From the human T2T-CHM13v2.0 reference genome, Homo sapiens: a DNA stretch of 64,000 nucleotides. The stretch lies in NCBI RefSeq assembly GCF_009914755.1, contig NC_060935.1; one strand, written 5' to 3'. The notes under the pieces are model-generated. The model was not told the origin of the DNA. It worked only from the letters and a program-made list of their open reading frames with translations, and searched no databases. Position 1 is the stretch's first letter. Each line of letters opens with the position of its first letter. Below, piece after piece: positions 1 through 12,450 of the stretch. The position numbers and the translations under genes were made by a program.

Positions 1-615
1 TGTTGCTTCTAAAGCAAATTTTATGCATCATTTAAATTTCATGGCTGGCCCAATACTGAAGGGTTTGACTGACATCAGTGCACTACGGCTGACTTGTTAC
101 AAACGACCTTCCTAAAAGGACTTTTCACATCTATATACCTCTGACCATCAGTGAAAATGATTTTATTATGGCCCTTTGCAACCCAGGTCTTCACACCTTC
201 CTTAAACAAAACTTTTGGCAAAATAACCACATGTGGCCTCAGAATAAGGAGTTCTTGATTCTGCACCTCAAAAAAAATTGTTCCATAGCAGCACCATTAC
301 TACAAATGTTCTCATTTATTCTAGCATTATTTTATCAGGGGCTAAATTTGTTTTTGGAAAGAAGGTGATCTTATTGAAGAAAGTGAGCATGCAAAACAAA
401 CGTTGTCAAAAAGTTTCTAGCATGGTCATTCTGATCGTGTCTCTTATGTCCTTATTGTATGTTAAGATGGGCTACATCGATCCCCTTTTTCTTAAGGAAA
501 ATTGAGAAGTGAAGCATCAAGATTTAGCTAATATAATACACTAGGAAGAGATGTCTGGAAATCCATATGGAATTTATGTCCCTTCATTTTATAAGGCCCA
601 AACCATCTTTGTTAC

Positions 616-618
<3 letters not shown>

Positions 619-665
<47 letters not shown>

Positions 666-679
666 CGCGTGTGCATGTA
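619..679. repeat. (TG)n-(CG)n compound microsatellite, alternating purine/pyrimidine
   Basis: (TG)~18 runs into gcgcgcgcgcgc then gtgtgcatgta, with uninterrupted alternation. Confidence 0.95.
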
Positions 680-2378
680 GGTGGGTGCTTAGTGGGTGCT
701 TTCTGTTGTCCTTAATAAGAATTAAATTCCATCTTTTTTCTTAAGAAAATAAGTGACCAAAGTCATCTAGTGCCTTAGGCCCTAAATCCTAGCCAGAGTA
801 ACAGATTCATTTCTTTTCTTTTTTTTTTTTTTTCATTCTAACTTTACTAACTAGCCTTCAGTCACTGCAATTCTTAACCAATAATTAACCTTACTTCAAC
901 AATAATTAACCATGACAGAAAAAGCGTAGCAGGAATAGTTAGAGTGAGGGGGTGGAGAGTAGTACACGTTTTCTTTCATGAAAACAGAGTCGGTTTTACA
1001 AAAGTTAAATTCAACTGAAGAGATGTGACAAGAAAGATATAACAAAAATGGTAAAAATGGTAACCAGGAGGAAGAAGATGAACCTCTGCTGTATTTTCAT
1101 AGCACGTTTCCAAACCTCTATTCCTATCCTTAGTATATTGAATTGTAAATATTGTTCACTGGCTTGATAAATGATGAATGAACAAATAATATCTCCTGGT
1201 TTGTAATGAGCATGGAAAGTTTCGTAATGGTTCTAGGAACTGAACTCAGTGCTCATGAACTACTAGGAATCCAGATATAGAGAGTGCCATGAAAAAGACA
1301 CAGAAGACAGAATGAACTCAGCATAGTAGTGGGACACTTAGTTTAGTGCAGGTACAGAGATAGGCATGACCTTAGAATCTGTCATCTCTAGCCAATTTAA
1401 TCACAGGGGTACATTTTTCTTTCTAATGAGAAAGAGTAATTTGCAACCACTTTTTTTTTCTATTTTTACAACCTAATACTTGTAGTGAAGGAGTCAAGTC
1501 TTTTGGGCTCCTGGTGACTATTAAGGTGGAGGTTGCAAAGCAATGTGTGTAAATAAAAGAAAAACCTGAAAGGACACATCTATCACAGCTCAATTAAAAG
1601 TCTTATTAGAAATAAAGCTCTTTTATTCAAACAGCTTTATTAAATATTGAGAAAATGTATATAACTAGGAAGGCACTATGTAGATAACATGAAATATGCT
1701 GGTTAATTAGTTATACTTTCAGATGGCAAAAAACTTTCTTATTGTAAAATGTCATCTGGAATGTTATCATTTAAAAGTCAGTAATGAAAACAAAAATTAA
1801 TAAGAACTTTAATGCAATACCAAAGTGTGCAGGAAATAAATGTCACCAGTCTGCAGAAACAAGATCTCTTCTGGCATTTATCATTTAATTTGGTTTTCCA
1901 TCAATCTTAGCTTTAAAAAAAACTGAAAAGCCCCTAGTCACAATTTGTTAGCCTATTTAGGAAGCCACTGTCTTTAATAACAGAGACAATAAGAAGGCCA
2001 AGTGGTTCTAGCAGTCATCTACACCCTTGATGGTTGTCTGAGCCTTCCAGACCTGAGACTGAGTTATGAGCTTAGTATTACTTTTTCAAAAAATTTCAAG
2101 ATATTTCATGATATTCTCAAGGCATTATCCTCTCTCCCCAGAAATCTACTGAATACCTTAGAATCACCCTATACTGCCCCTCCTCTCTCACATCTGCCCT
2201 TACAGCACACACTTCCGGGGCAAACAAATATTTTCAAGTCTTCAGAAGATGCTATGCCATAAGTTTTTGTTCTCCATCCCTACTGCCACAGATCATATTT
2301 ATTTTCTGAGATCTGGACTGTTTTCATCTCAGCTTTCTAATGAATCTCTTTATCTTTGGCACCTTTTCCAGGGGCAAA

Positions 2379-2379
<1 letters not shown>

Positions 2380-2420
<41 letters not shown>
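2380..2420. repeat. (TG)20 microsatellite
   Basis: Direct reading. Confidence 0.97.
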
Positions 2421-2423
<3 letters not shown>

Positions 2424-2783
2424 ATATTAATTTTACAACAAATAAATTGGTGTGTAGAGGGATTGCCAATATTGCTCTGATCACCACCATTTCTTCTTTA
2501 TTCATTTAGCAAATCATGTCTGGTTCCTGTGCCAGGCATTAGGGCTATAGCACAAAGCAAGGTAGAAGCAATACCTGTAAATATTAAGCCTACAGTTTAA
2601 CCTGCATTTAAATATATAAAATCTAAAACTCTTTTACTCAGAAGCCTGCACAATGTTTATCTTTACTAGAACAGAATTGTAAAATAAATATGCTGTAAAT
2701 CTGCCTGACACTCCACATATACCAAGTAAGTCTCTTGATTTCCAGGTTTACAGTTTAAGTACCTAGGGGTCAAAAATGTTAAA

Positions 2784-2791
2784 TGACGTCA
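2784..2791. promoter_or_regulatory. Perfect CRE palindrome TGACGTCA (candidate CREB/ATF site)
   Basis: Exact motif with intact CpG in CpG-depleted DNA; function not shown. Confidence 0.3.
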
Positions 2792-3599
2792 CAAAATGGC
2801 TTTAGGTTATTGGAATTAGTAACGGCCATCATATATTAATTAATAATAATATATTATTAATGGAAGTAATGATATCTCATAGAGTTGGTGTGAGGGGTAA
2901 ATGTGGATGTGCGTATGTAATATCCAGCATGTGGCTGATGCTCAAAAATGTTGATACAAAAAACTGTTGATACATTTTCTCTTCTTGCTAGGAAAGATGA
3001 ATAAAAAATATGAAATGTCCCAAATCAATATAATGCTACAATATCTCCCCAAATTACACCCTTTAAATATGTCTACCTATAGTGTTCTTAATAAATATTT
3101 GTCTTGCTGTTATCAAAATTATTACTGAATTATCAAATTTTTATTGTAAACTCTCATCCTTTTTTTCCCTTATCTTATCCTTGGTCTATGAGAATGAAAG
3201 TATCCCAGGATGCTATATTCTCTGCACCCCATTTAAATCCCCTCTATAGCTTATCATATAAAAAGGAAACTTACAAGAAATGTACGTAAGTACACTTGTC
3301 TGAGCTTCAAATGCCCAGATCTAAGCCTGTGAGAAAACATTTCTCATAGTTTTGAGACATAAAGCTGAAATTTTGGATCCTCTACTTTTCTTTTCTATTA
3401 TGAAAGCCAGTGAGTTCATTACACAGACTTCTCTCAACCTTATTAGATTTTGCTTCCAGCAAGTTGCTCATGTTGGGAACACTTCACAGAGATACCCACT
3501 ATTCCATGATCTTGTTTGTCTGAGGTTTCAAAATCTCTTGGCACCCTTTGCATCCTAAACTTTCCTCATGTCTTCTAGCACAGACCTGTTATTTTATAA

Positions 3600-3970
3600 A
3601 ATGTATTGGGGATTTTGACACCAAGTTTAACATGTGGTGCAGCCTGTCTTCATGGCAGCTGCTTTCCACTAATCCCATTCCCAAGCAGTCATGTTGTTTG
3701 GCAGATGACATTCAACAGGTGCACACCATGTCTTACAAGGTCTGTGGCTGCCACAAGAGGCATAGCTGGAAAAGATCTAACACTGTTGTTGATCTGCAAG
3801 CATCTGTTGTGGCCTGGCAACCATGGCTATGGGCAAGAATTCAAATATAGACCAAGAGGGCATTTTGCCATTTTAGCAGATGGACATGCAGAGAAATAGC
3901 CAAGAGCCTCTGTAACAAGCATCATGCATGTGGCTGGAGGACAGGACGTGCAGCCAATAACATTTAATTG
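3600..3970. promoter_or_regulatory. Candidate enhancer: E-box cluster in repeat-free DNA
   Basis: CANNTG at 3631, 3656, 3702, 3716, 3801, 3877, 3927; CCAAT near 3954. Confidence 0.35.
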
Positions 3971-4056
3971 GCTTTTTATCTGTTGCTTAGAAACCTTGGG
4001 TTCAGGAACAATGTCCTTCCTAATTACAACTTGAGCCTTGGACATTCTCTTCACAG

Positions 4057-4218
4057 GAACCATGATCTGTGACTGCCATGGAAAAGTGTTGGGCAGGAGG
4101 AGGCCAGCTGGGTCTTTGAAGTTGACAACGGAGCCAGGAATGAAAGCTGCACTTAGGATAAGAATTGCTTTCCCTGGAGCCAAGTCAGCAAATGCAGTCT
4201 GGTTGTCAGAGCTGAGAG
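4057..4218 (+). other. Candidate internal exon (162 bp) of an unannotated or lncRNA transcript
   Basis: Acceptor ttctcttcacag|G at 4056/4057; donor GAG|gtaagg at 4218/4219; one open frame. Confidence 0.3.
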
Positions 4219-4449
4219 GTAAGGAATAAAGATGAATCATTGCATACTTGTGTTCCTTTCCCCTGCTTTCACTCTGAATGAAGAGGAAAATCAGGTGAGA
4301 CACAAAATAGCCAGGAAATAAATCATTCCTCTACTGGCAAGACAGACTGGGCTGTACTAAACCAGAGTTAGGAAGAAAAGGAAAACAAATGAGAGAAAAC
4401 TGGACTCTGGATCAATACATTAAAGAACCTGCAGGATTAGAGTAGAGGG

Positions 4450-4695
4450 TCATGTTAAGGGCTTGAACTCAGAAGTCAGATCATCTAATTTCAATTTCAG
4501 CACCTCTCTTACTAGCTTTGTAACTATAGTCAAGCTAATAAACTGTCTGACTCTCATTTGTCTCATCTAGAAGATAAGGATAAAAACACAGTAACTATAA
4601 GGCAGTTGTAGTAATTAAATGAGTTAATGTACATAAAGCACCTAGAACAGTGCCCATTACATCGTAAGCATCACATAAGTATTAACTCTCATTAT
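4450..4695 (+). mobile_element. MIR SINE
   Basis: MIR core (ctcatctagaagataaggataa...attaaatgagttaatgtacataaagcacctagaacagtgcc). Confidence 0.8.
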
Positions 4696-5039
4696 CACAT
4701 TTAAAGGTTAGTCTCTCTCAGGCAAGCTTCAGTTAATTATGTTCAAACTCCATTAAAAAATGTACTTTGTACCAACCTGCCTCAGTTATATTGCCCCCAG
4801 CCTCTTGTAAGATATTGTATTAAATTTTCCTCATTTGGCTTCCTATTATCTCGTAGTAACTGTCATTGTATGTACAAACCATCCACCACTATTCCTAGCC
4901 CCAGGAAACCAAAACAAATAAAAAACAACAAGATCATTTAAGAAGTAATCCTCACCCCATTGCTTGACTCCTTACATAAATGTTTTGGTGTCTAATACAT
5001 CTACCTCTATGGCTGCAGCTACCTCCTCTCCAATAACCT

Positions 5040-5800
5040 GAAGTCAAAATCACTCTTCAGAGTCCAGACCTGTTTATCCCATGGTATATTAGCCATATAT
5101 ACTTGGATGTCCCACAAGTCCTTCAAACTTTGTGTATTGATCACTGAAGATATTATGTTCACTGCCAACCCCCCGCAAAATTGATGCTGTTTCTTCTTCA
5201 ATATCCCTAAACCATTCATATGTCCTAGGTTGCTCTTTTAGTCTTAAAAGTGTCTCAACTTGGATATAAATATATAATTGCCTTGTGTATCTCCCATCTC
5301 AGTGAACCAGCCACTCAGTTGCTTAAGGCAGAAATCCTAGCTTTTCCTCCACCCAACATAACGCAAATCTAATATATCACCAAACCTGGCCAATTATACA
5401 TTCTAATTATGTCTCAAATTTACCCCATCCTCTTTAACTACATTGCCACTGCCTTTATGTAATTCCTCACCCCATTTTTCTACTGGCATAGGTTTCCTGA
5501 ATGGTATTTCTACATTTTCTGTCCCAAAATATCATTCTGAATACCACCATAGCAGTTTTGTTCAAAAACCAAATACGACTATATTATTTCCCAGCTTAAA
5601 ACTCCGTTCAGTGGCTTTAGTATATAAAGGGAAAATACAAGCTTCTGCCAAACAAAATATTTCAGCCTAATATCTGTAAATGAATGACTTCCAAATGTAC
5701 ATCCCCAGCACCATCCTCTCCCCTAAAAGACAAATTTGAGTGTCCAATGACCTATTCTACATTTCTACTCTAATAGACATCTCAAGCTAAAATTTTCAAA
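5040..5800 (+). mobile_element. L2 LINE fragments, with a possible MER81-like hAT piece at about 5215-5284
   Basis: L2 ORF2-like motifs (cttggatgtcccacaag, ccactcagttgcttaagg, cccagcttaaaactcc). Confidence 0.65.
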
Positions 5801-5804
5801 TTTC

Positions 5805-7615
5805 AGGCTTCTGTTTGCCTGAAAAAGGCTTTATTTCACTGGTTTTTCTTAAATGATTATTTTACACGGTACAGAATTCTAAGTTGACAGTTCTTTTCTT
5901 TCAGCACAATAAAAATGTTGCCCTACAATGTCTTCTGCTTTTGACTCCTATCTTTGTTCCTTTGTATATAATGTGTTATTTTTCTCTACCTGCTGTTAAG
6001 ATTGTCTTACTATAATTGGTTTTTACGAAGTTGATTATGGGTGCCTTGGTGTAGTTTTATTTTTATAATCAACTTAGGAATCACTGGGCCTTATCAATAT
6101 GTGGGTTCATATTTTTCATCATCATACTTGGAAATTTCCAAGCTAAAATATTCAATTTTTTTCTCTCCTCATATCTTTTTAAATATATTGCAATTATATG
6201 CATGTTAAATAATTTGATACTATCTCACAAGTCAGTGATATTTATTTTTCAGGCTTTTTTTCTTTCTGTGTTTCTACTGCTGTATCTCCAGATTCTCTGA
6301 TCTTTTCTTCACAGTGTATAACTTGCAGTCCCTTCCAGCCAATGTATTATTTCAGATATATTTTTAATCTCTAGAAGTTCAATTTAAGTCTTTTTTGTAA
6401 TTTTCATTTATGTCATTATGGTTATATTTTCTTCTATCTTCTTAAACATTGGAAACATGTTTGTCATAGCTGTTTTAATGTCCTGGCTTGCTAATTTCAT
6501 TCTCCCTGTCATTTCTGGGTCTATTTCTATTGATTAGTTTTTCTCCCAGTTGTGGGTTCTATTGCATACTTTTTTGTAGGCCTGATAATTTATTTTTTAT
6601 TTTTTGAGACAGGGTCTTACTCTGTCACCCAGGCTGGAGTGCAATCATAGCTCACTGCAGCCTCAAACTGCTGGGCTCAAATGATCCTTCCACCTTAGGC
6701 TCCTGAGTAACTAGGATTATGGGCACACAATACCATATCTGGCCAAATTTTAAATTTTCTGTAGAGACACAGTTTTGCTTTGTTGCCTAGGCTGGCCTTG
6801 AACTCTTAGTCTCAAGTAATCTTCCTACTTCAGCCTCCCCAAAGTGCTGGGATTACAGGCATGAGCCACTGTACCCAGCCAATGCCTAGTTATTTTGATT
6901 GGATGCCAGACCTTGTGAATGTTACATATGCTGGATTTTCTTGTATGCTTTTGAATAGTGTTGAAGTTTGTTCTGGCACATTGTTAAGTTGTTTGGAATT
7001 AGTTTGATTTTTTTTTTTAGGTTTGTTTTTAAGTTTCATTGGGGCAGATCCAGAGTAGTATATGAAATTTATTTATTCCTGCTATAAAGGCAATATACTT
7101 CTGAGTACTCTAATTGATGCCCTTATTCATGGGATCTTCCTACTCTGATTGGTGGCTATACAAAATATTCCTAGCTCTGTTTGACTTCTTGAAATTACTC
7201 AGCTTACTTATTCCCAGGGGATCCTTCTCCAGCCTTGCATGGTGTTACACGTGCAGATGAAAATTACTACCAAATACACAAGATAAACTCTCTATAGATC
7301 TTTGGAGTTCCTTATCTTTATAGGCAGTTGTCTCTTCTCTTGTCTTAAAACTTGCAAATAAATACTGACCAACTTGGTTTCCCCAAACATTATCTCAATC
7401 TTCTCAATTTATTAAGACTACTAGGTGCTCTTTGGGTTCTCTTGTTTCTGTATCTATGGCTTGAAAACTGCCTCCAGGCAGAATAAGGGTGAAACTTTAA
7501 ACCTAATCTTGTTTGCTTTTCTTCTATCAGAGGCCAAAGTCCTGTGCAACTTATTGTCCAAAGTTTGAAAATTGTTTCTTGATAAATTTGGCTCAGTTAT
7601 CTAGTTTTTTAGAGC
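5805..7615 (-). mobile_element. Old L1M, 5'/ORF1 region, split by AluJ
   Basis: T-rich antisense L1 ORF1 motifs (cagaattctaagttgacagttcttttctttcagcac; ttgattggatgccagaccttgtgaat). Confidence 0.75.
6589..6880 (-). mobile_element. AluJ
   Basis: gagacagggtcttactctg, atcatagctcactgcagcctc, gggctcaa are J-type diagnostics. Confidence 0.92.
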
Positions 7616-7617
7616 AG

Positions 7618-7832
7618 GTATATATCTACATATATATGTGTATATATGTATATATATATATATCTACATATATATGTGTATATATGTATATATATATATA
7701 TCTACATATATATGTGTATATATGTATATATATATCTATACATATATGTATATGTATATATATCTATATATAGAGATATATATATCTATATATAGATATA
7801 TATAGATATATATATCTATATATATATATATC
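7618..7832. repeat. Compound (TA)n repeat with 38-bp higher-order unit
   Basis: tctacatatatatgtgtatatatg recurs at 7625, 7663, 7701; palindromic TA/GA tract follows. Confidence 0.95.
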
Positions 7833-7981
7833 TAGTTCCTGTTCAATTTGAAAATACAGAAAAAAACTGGCATAGGCAAGAAACTCTCTCCTGGGGCATT
7901 TCTGCCACATCCATTTTTTTTAAGCCATTATCGATCATGGAGGCTGTATCTCAAAGTGTTTAAAAAGCTCACACTCTCAGT

Positions 7982-8152
7982 GTATGCCTTTAAGCAAGCC
8001 TCTTAAACTCTTCAGGGTTCAATTACCTCATCTGTAAAATGGGAATAAGAATAGTTCCTGAAATATAAGGTTGCAGCCAGATTAAATGAGATAATAGGAA
8101 TAATGTACTTTGCACCAATTTCATCATATATTAAGTGTTCATTAAATATTAG
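7982..8152 (+). mobile_element. MIR SINE
   Basis: cctcatctgtaaaatgggaataa...gattaaatgagataat. Confidence 0.85.
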
Positions 8153-8309
8153 ATCACTGTTTTGTTTACAAAGAAAAACAAAAGCCATGGAAGAAAGGGA
8201 AATCTGTACTTTAAAGGTTTTTAAGAAAGGATTTACTAGCAAAGAAATATATAAAGAGAGTAACTATGAACTTTAGGGAAGGAAAGGAACAAGCTGTGTC
8301 AAGAGTACA

Positions 8310-8530
8310 GAGGCAGAAGTTTTAAGTCCTGGATTGTTTCATGTTACTCTAGGGCTTGTAAAGAAGTCACCTCACTTCTGTAGATCTCAGTTTCTTCTAA
8401 AAGTTGGAATACAAATACTCTCGTGTTTCCTGGCTAGGATGTTGTAAAGATCAAGTGACATAACTGAAGTGAAAGTCTTTGGAAAGGTACACATATCATG
8501 TAAGAAATGTTAGATGATGATAGTATTAAT
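8310..8530 (+). mobile_element. MIR (MIRc/MIR3-like)
   Basis: aagtcacctcacttctgtagatctcagtttc...gttgtaaagatcaagtgacataa. Confidence 0.65.
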
Positions 8531-8738
8531 GGGCACCTTATAGCCATAAATAAAATGAGCAACAAAGTGTATCCCAGACTCTATGAGAACTACTATCATC
8601 AGTTTTATATCAAATAAATAGAAAGTGATGCAGAAGGAAGTCCAGTGGGTAGACAAGAACCCTCAGGGATGCAGTGAAAGAACAAGGGCTACAATTTCAG
8701 ATTTTTGGCCTCATGTCTAGTTCTCTTTTCCTGCACAG

Positions 8739-9205
8739 GCTCAGAACTGTTACATTCCTTTCTAAATCTGGATCGGTGACAGCACTTTACATTCTGGTCA
8801 CAGGAAAAACCTTCTCTGTTGCTGTTATGTTGTTTTGCTGGAGAGCCCCCAAACTCTACACTGTGCAAAAACCACATATCTCCCTTGAGGTCAATGATAT
8901 TGACATTTTCTGCCTGATTTGGAGATGTTTTATCCACAGCTACAGTAAATGTGATTTAGTCTCATTCTCCATCTCACTGATAATTCTGACTTTGGCAGAA
9001 GCATCTGTCCTGACAGAGAAACAAAGTGAGGAAGAGAACCTGATTCTGAGACCCAAATATGATGTATTATGAAGGGTTCTGCAGTTCAGCTCCAGGTTTT
9101 GTTTGTTTGTTTGTTTGGGGGGGGATTGTTGTTTGTTTGTTTTTTACCTAGAATGGCATTACTTCTAAAGAAACTTAGAAATAAATTTTCACAGAGTATC
9201 AAATC
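8739..9205 (+). other. Candidate terminal exon
   Basis: Acceptor ttctcttttcctgcacag|G at 8738/8739; AATAAA at 9180-9185. Confidence 0.22.
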
Positions 9206-9619
9206 CCACTCAAACTGGTATTTGTCACCACTTTATCTGGCTTACTAAGTAGGCTGTTGAAACAACTGTGCAAACAGTCACAAAAGCTCCCTTGTTTATG
9301 GTAACATAGGAAGGTGGAAGAAATGGGAGGGAAAAAATAACAAAATATATCTTAATGAGAAAATGCACAATTTCTTTAAAAATAAGGTGAATTTTATTAG
9401 TAGTTAAAAATATATTTAGTAGTTAAAAATTAGTAGTTATTAGTAGTTGAAAATCTACTTAGAATATATAGAAGCAGCCATTGTCTTTTCTCACAAGATG
9501 CTTTGGGCATTATAGGACCCCAGTCTTAGTATCATAAATGTGCGTATAGCCCCAAATCCAGATTTGGAAAGAAACACACAGAGTGCTTCAGTCTACCCAC
9601 CCCTCCCCCATTTATACTG

Positions 9620-10201
9620 CAGATTTGTTTTATTTTTATAGCCTTTCTTCATTCTTCTGACAGCAGCACACTACTTTTCCTATTAGGAATCATGACTGTG
9701 TTCATGTTGTCCTGGTGGAGCTGTCAATTATAGTGACCCTTCTTTTCATCATAGCTTGTGATCATGTGATTCAGGACAGCCAATCAGTGTATTCCATTTC
9801 CCTTGTTGCAGTGATTGAGCAAAGAGTGTACACATGGCTCACAGAAGTCCAGGCCTTTCCTGATATTTGACATTTGGAGAGTGAAAAACAACAACAACAA
9901 AAAAAGAGTCCGTTTTCTGAATCACAAGCTACAAGGATATAAGCTTGGGCATTTTTTCCTATCATAGAAAGTCTTACTGAGAATGGGACCCACATGCAGA
10001 AGGTAGAAATGCTAAAAGATGAAGACAAAAGAAACAGACAACAAATAAAACTCCAATATTATAATTTGTGTCACTGAATCTTGCTATGTAGAATCAAGCT
10101 GAACCTAAACTTCCAGATACATAAGCCAATATTTTCTCCTTTTAGTTTCAGGAGTTTAAATTTGACTTCTGTGGTTTTGGGTTAAAACAGTGCCTACTAC
10201 A
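9620..10201 (+). mobile_element. Old MaLR LTR (MLT1J/K/L-like)
   Basis: catgtgattcaggacagccaatcag...ttccagatacataagccaata are MLT1 motifs. Confidence 0.7.
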
Positions 10202-10251
10202 ATATATAGTAAAATATTTCATGATCATATATAGTAAAATATTTCATGATC
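10202..10251. repeat. Perfect 25-bp tandem duplication
   Basis: atatatagtaaaatatttcatgatc twice. Confidence 0.95.
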
Positions 10252-10669
10252 ATAATCTCTAGGACCATATTGTACCAGTGCAAAACAAATACAAACCAAT
10301 TTGCTTTTGGTGCTTCTTTTAAATAGAGAATATTATTTAAACAAAACTGTCTGAGAATATGAGACATCGGCCATATTTAAATTGTGTCTGAGTCACTCAC
10401 AAAAGTTTAATTGCCTTTAAAAGAACATTGAGGACAAACTCTCAGGAGACACACCAGAGACACAGGATGAAGTACTGACCCTCTCATTCCTTAAGGAGTG
10501 ATTATATTTCTGTTTCAACACCTATGAGCAGTTTTGATTAAATTTCATAAAAGGCTATTTCATTAATTGCATATTTTATGTAAGTGATGGCCATGAAAAA
10601 TTGCTTTGATGTACAAGTGAGGCAGAGTAATATTTTGAATTGTTAACCAAAGTTTTTTCAAGATGTTTC

Positions 10670-11620
10670 CCCTCACCTAACCACTTCTCCTAATCAGAGC
10701 AACTGGGCGTCTTGTCTTTACTACTGCAGGGATGAGACGACCCAGTAGAATGCCTAATTCAGTTTGTAGCTTCTGAAATGTAAATGACTAGGTAGAATAA
10801 CTCAGAGAGAACTGAAGAGAGCTGGGAAGTGGGTGAGATTCCTGAGAAGAGGCCCTCAGAAACAGAGTAGAAGTGACTATGTGATACATGCTTGATAAAG
10901 CTCCTTGATCCATCCAGCCCCTAGTTGTTCATAGCCTTAGAGTAGGCAGGGAGTGCAGCCAATGGTTTTACACACTCGCGGCAGAAGTTTTGAGGCAGTG
11001 GAGAAAGCCAGACCTGGAGCAAATGATAGCACAGCAGCAATCTGTAGGGATTGATGACCCAGGACTGGCACAGATAACTGATGTCACAGAAGATGCCTGC
11101 ATAGTCAGGTGACAGTCAGGAACCAGACATCACTGTGCCCTGCAACATGGGCTAAGGAATTTAGCCACCATCCTGGGGAAAAGTGGCAGAACCTTAAATA
11201 GGTTGACATTTTTGTTCCTGTTGTTAGGTAAAAATTATAGGAAACTATTGTTTTGGACTAAACTCCTGCACTAAGCCCCAACAGATCAGATTTTAAAGAA
11301 AAATAGCTTTGAAATGACTAATGAGCTTTTCATTCTCTGCTTCTGCCTTCTTTAGCCCTTCTCTGTCTACAAAGCCACCCTTCTACTCAACTTCTCTGAA
11401 CACTCATTCTATTTTATAGAATGAAGTGTTGCCCAATTCTACAATTGCGAATAAAGCCAAATGAGATCTTTAAACTAAATTTGTTGTATTTTGGCTTTTT
11501 TTTTGACACTTTCTTAAGAACGAGGCCTTGAAATAAAATTATATTGAATTATAGAAAGCAAAAGTTACATTTCTTCAGCACTAGTGTGACTGGGTAGACA
11601 AAGAGTCATACTATCAAAAT
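10670..11620 (+). mobile_element. Possible ancient Gypsy-like LTR (MamGypLTR/LTR8x type), split by the ERV1 LTR
   Basis: GA-rich body ending in an AATAAA-bearing tail that resumes after 11508; weak recalled similarity only. Confidence 0.35.
11222..11508 (+). mobile_element. ERV1 MER4-group solo LTR, internally deleted
   Basis: TG...CA termini; ttgttttggactaaactcctgcactaagccccaacag; AATAAA; near 4-bp TSD ctgt/cttt. Confidence 0.75.
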
Positions 11621-11893
11621 ATCTAAAATAAGTTTTAGGGTAAAATAACCAAAAAAATCTTTCAAAACCTTTTATTCAATATTTGCATTTAAATTTATGA
11701 ATCACTAAGCTTAACATTTTGTGTTAATGAAGTTCGTTGCAGGCAGTCAGCACTTATTCCACATGTGCTGTGGCCTCCACACACCCTGCATTTCATCAGC
11801 TTGTGCCTAGGGATATTTCCTCTTCACCTTAACAAATACTCATCTACCATAGGCCAGGCATTATATAAAAGTGAACTGTTAATTACAAGGAGG

Positions 11894-12257
<364 letters not shown>

Positions 12258-12450
12258 TTAAGACCCTCAACTGCAAACTCACATCCTCTGACAGAGAGTG
12301 GACAGAATCCCATCTGTGTGCGAAACAAGACACTGAGAAGTGGGGAAAAGGAATTTCCCATATTAGCATTGCCTAATACAAAGAAAAAAATCTTTTTAAA
12401 AATTCAACTATGATGATATTTTCTCTTTTCTTCATTTTAAGAAGGGAATC

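Noticed and set aside
3778-3786. TAACACTGT matching the 5' end of miR-141/200a
   Set aside because: Only 9 nt match and no precursor hairpin
3827-4303. 158-aa minus-strand ORF
   Set aside because: Non-ATG start, no recognisable domain, overlaps other chance ORFs in a slightly GC-richer island
7513-7773. YI-repeat ORFs (also 48977-49292)
   Set aside because: Translation of microsatellites
8674-9072. 132-aa ORF
   Set aside because: GTG start, runs through a polypyrimidine tract, no family resemblance
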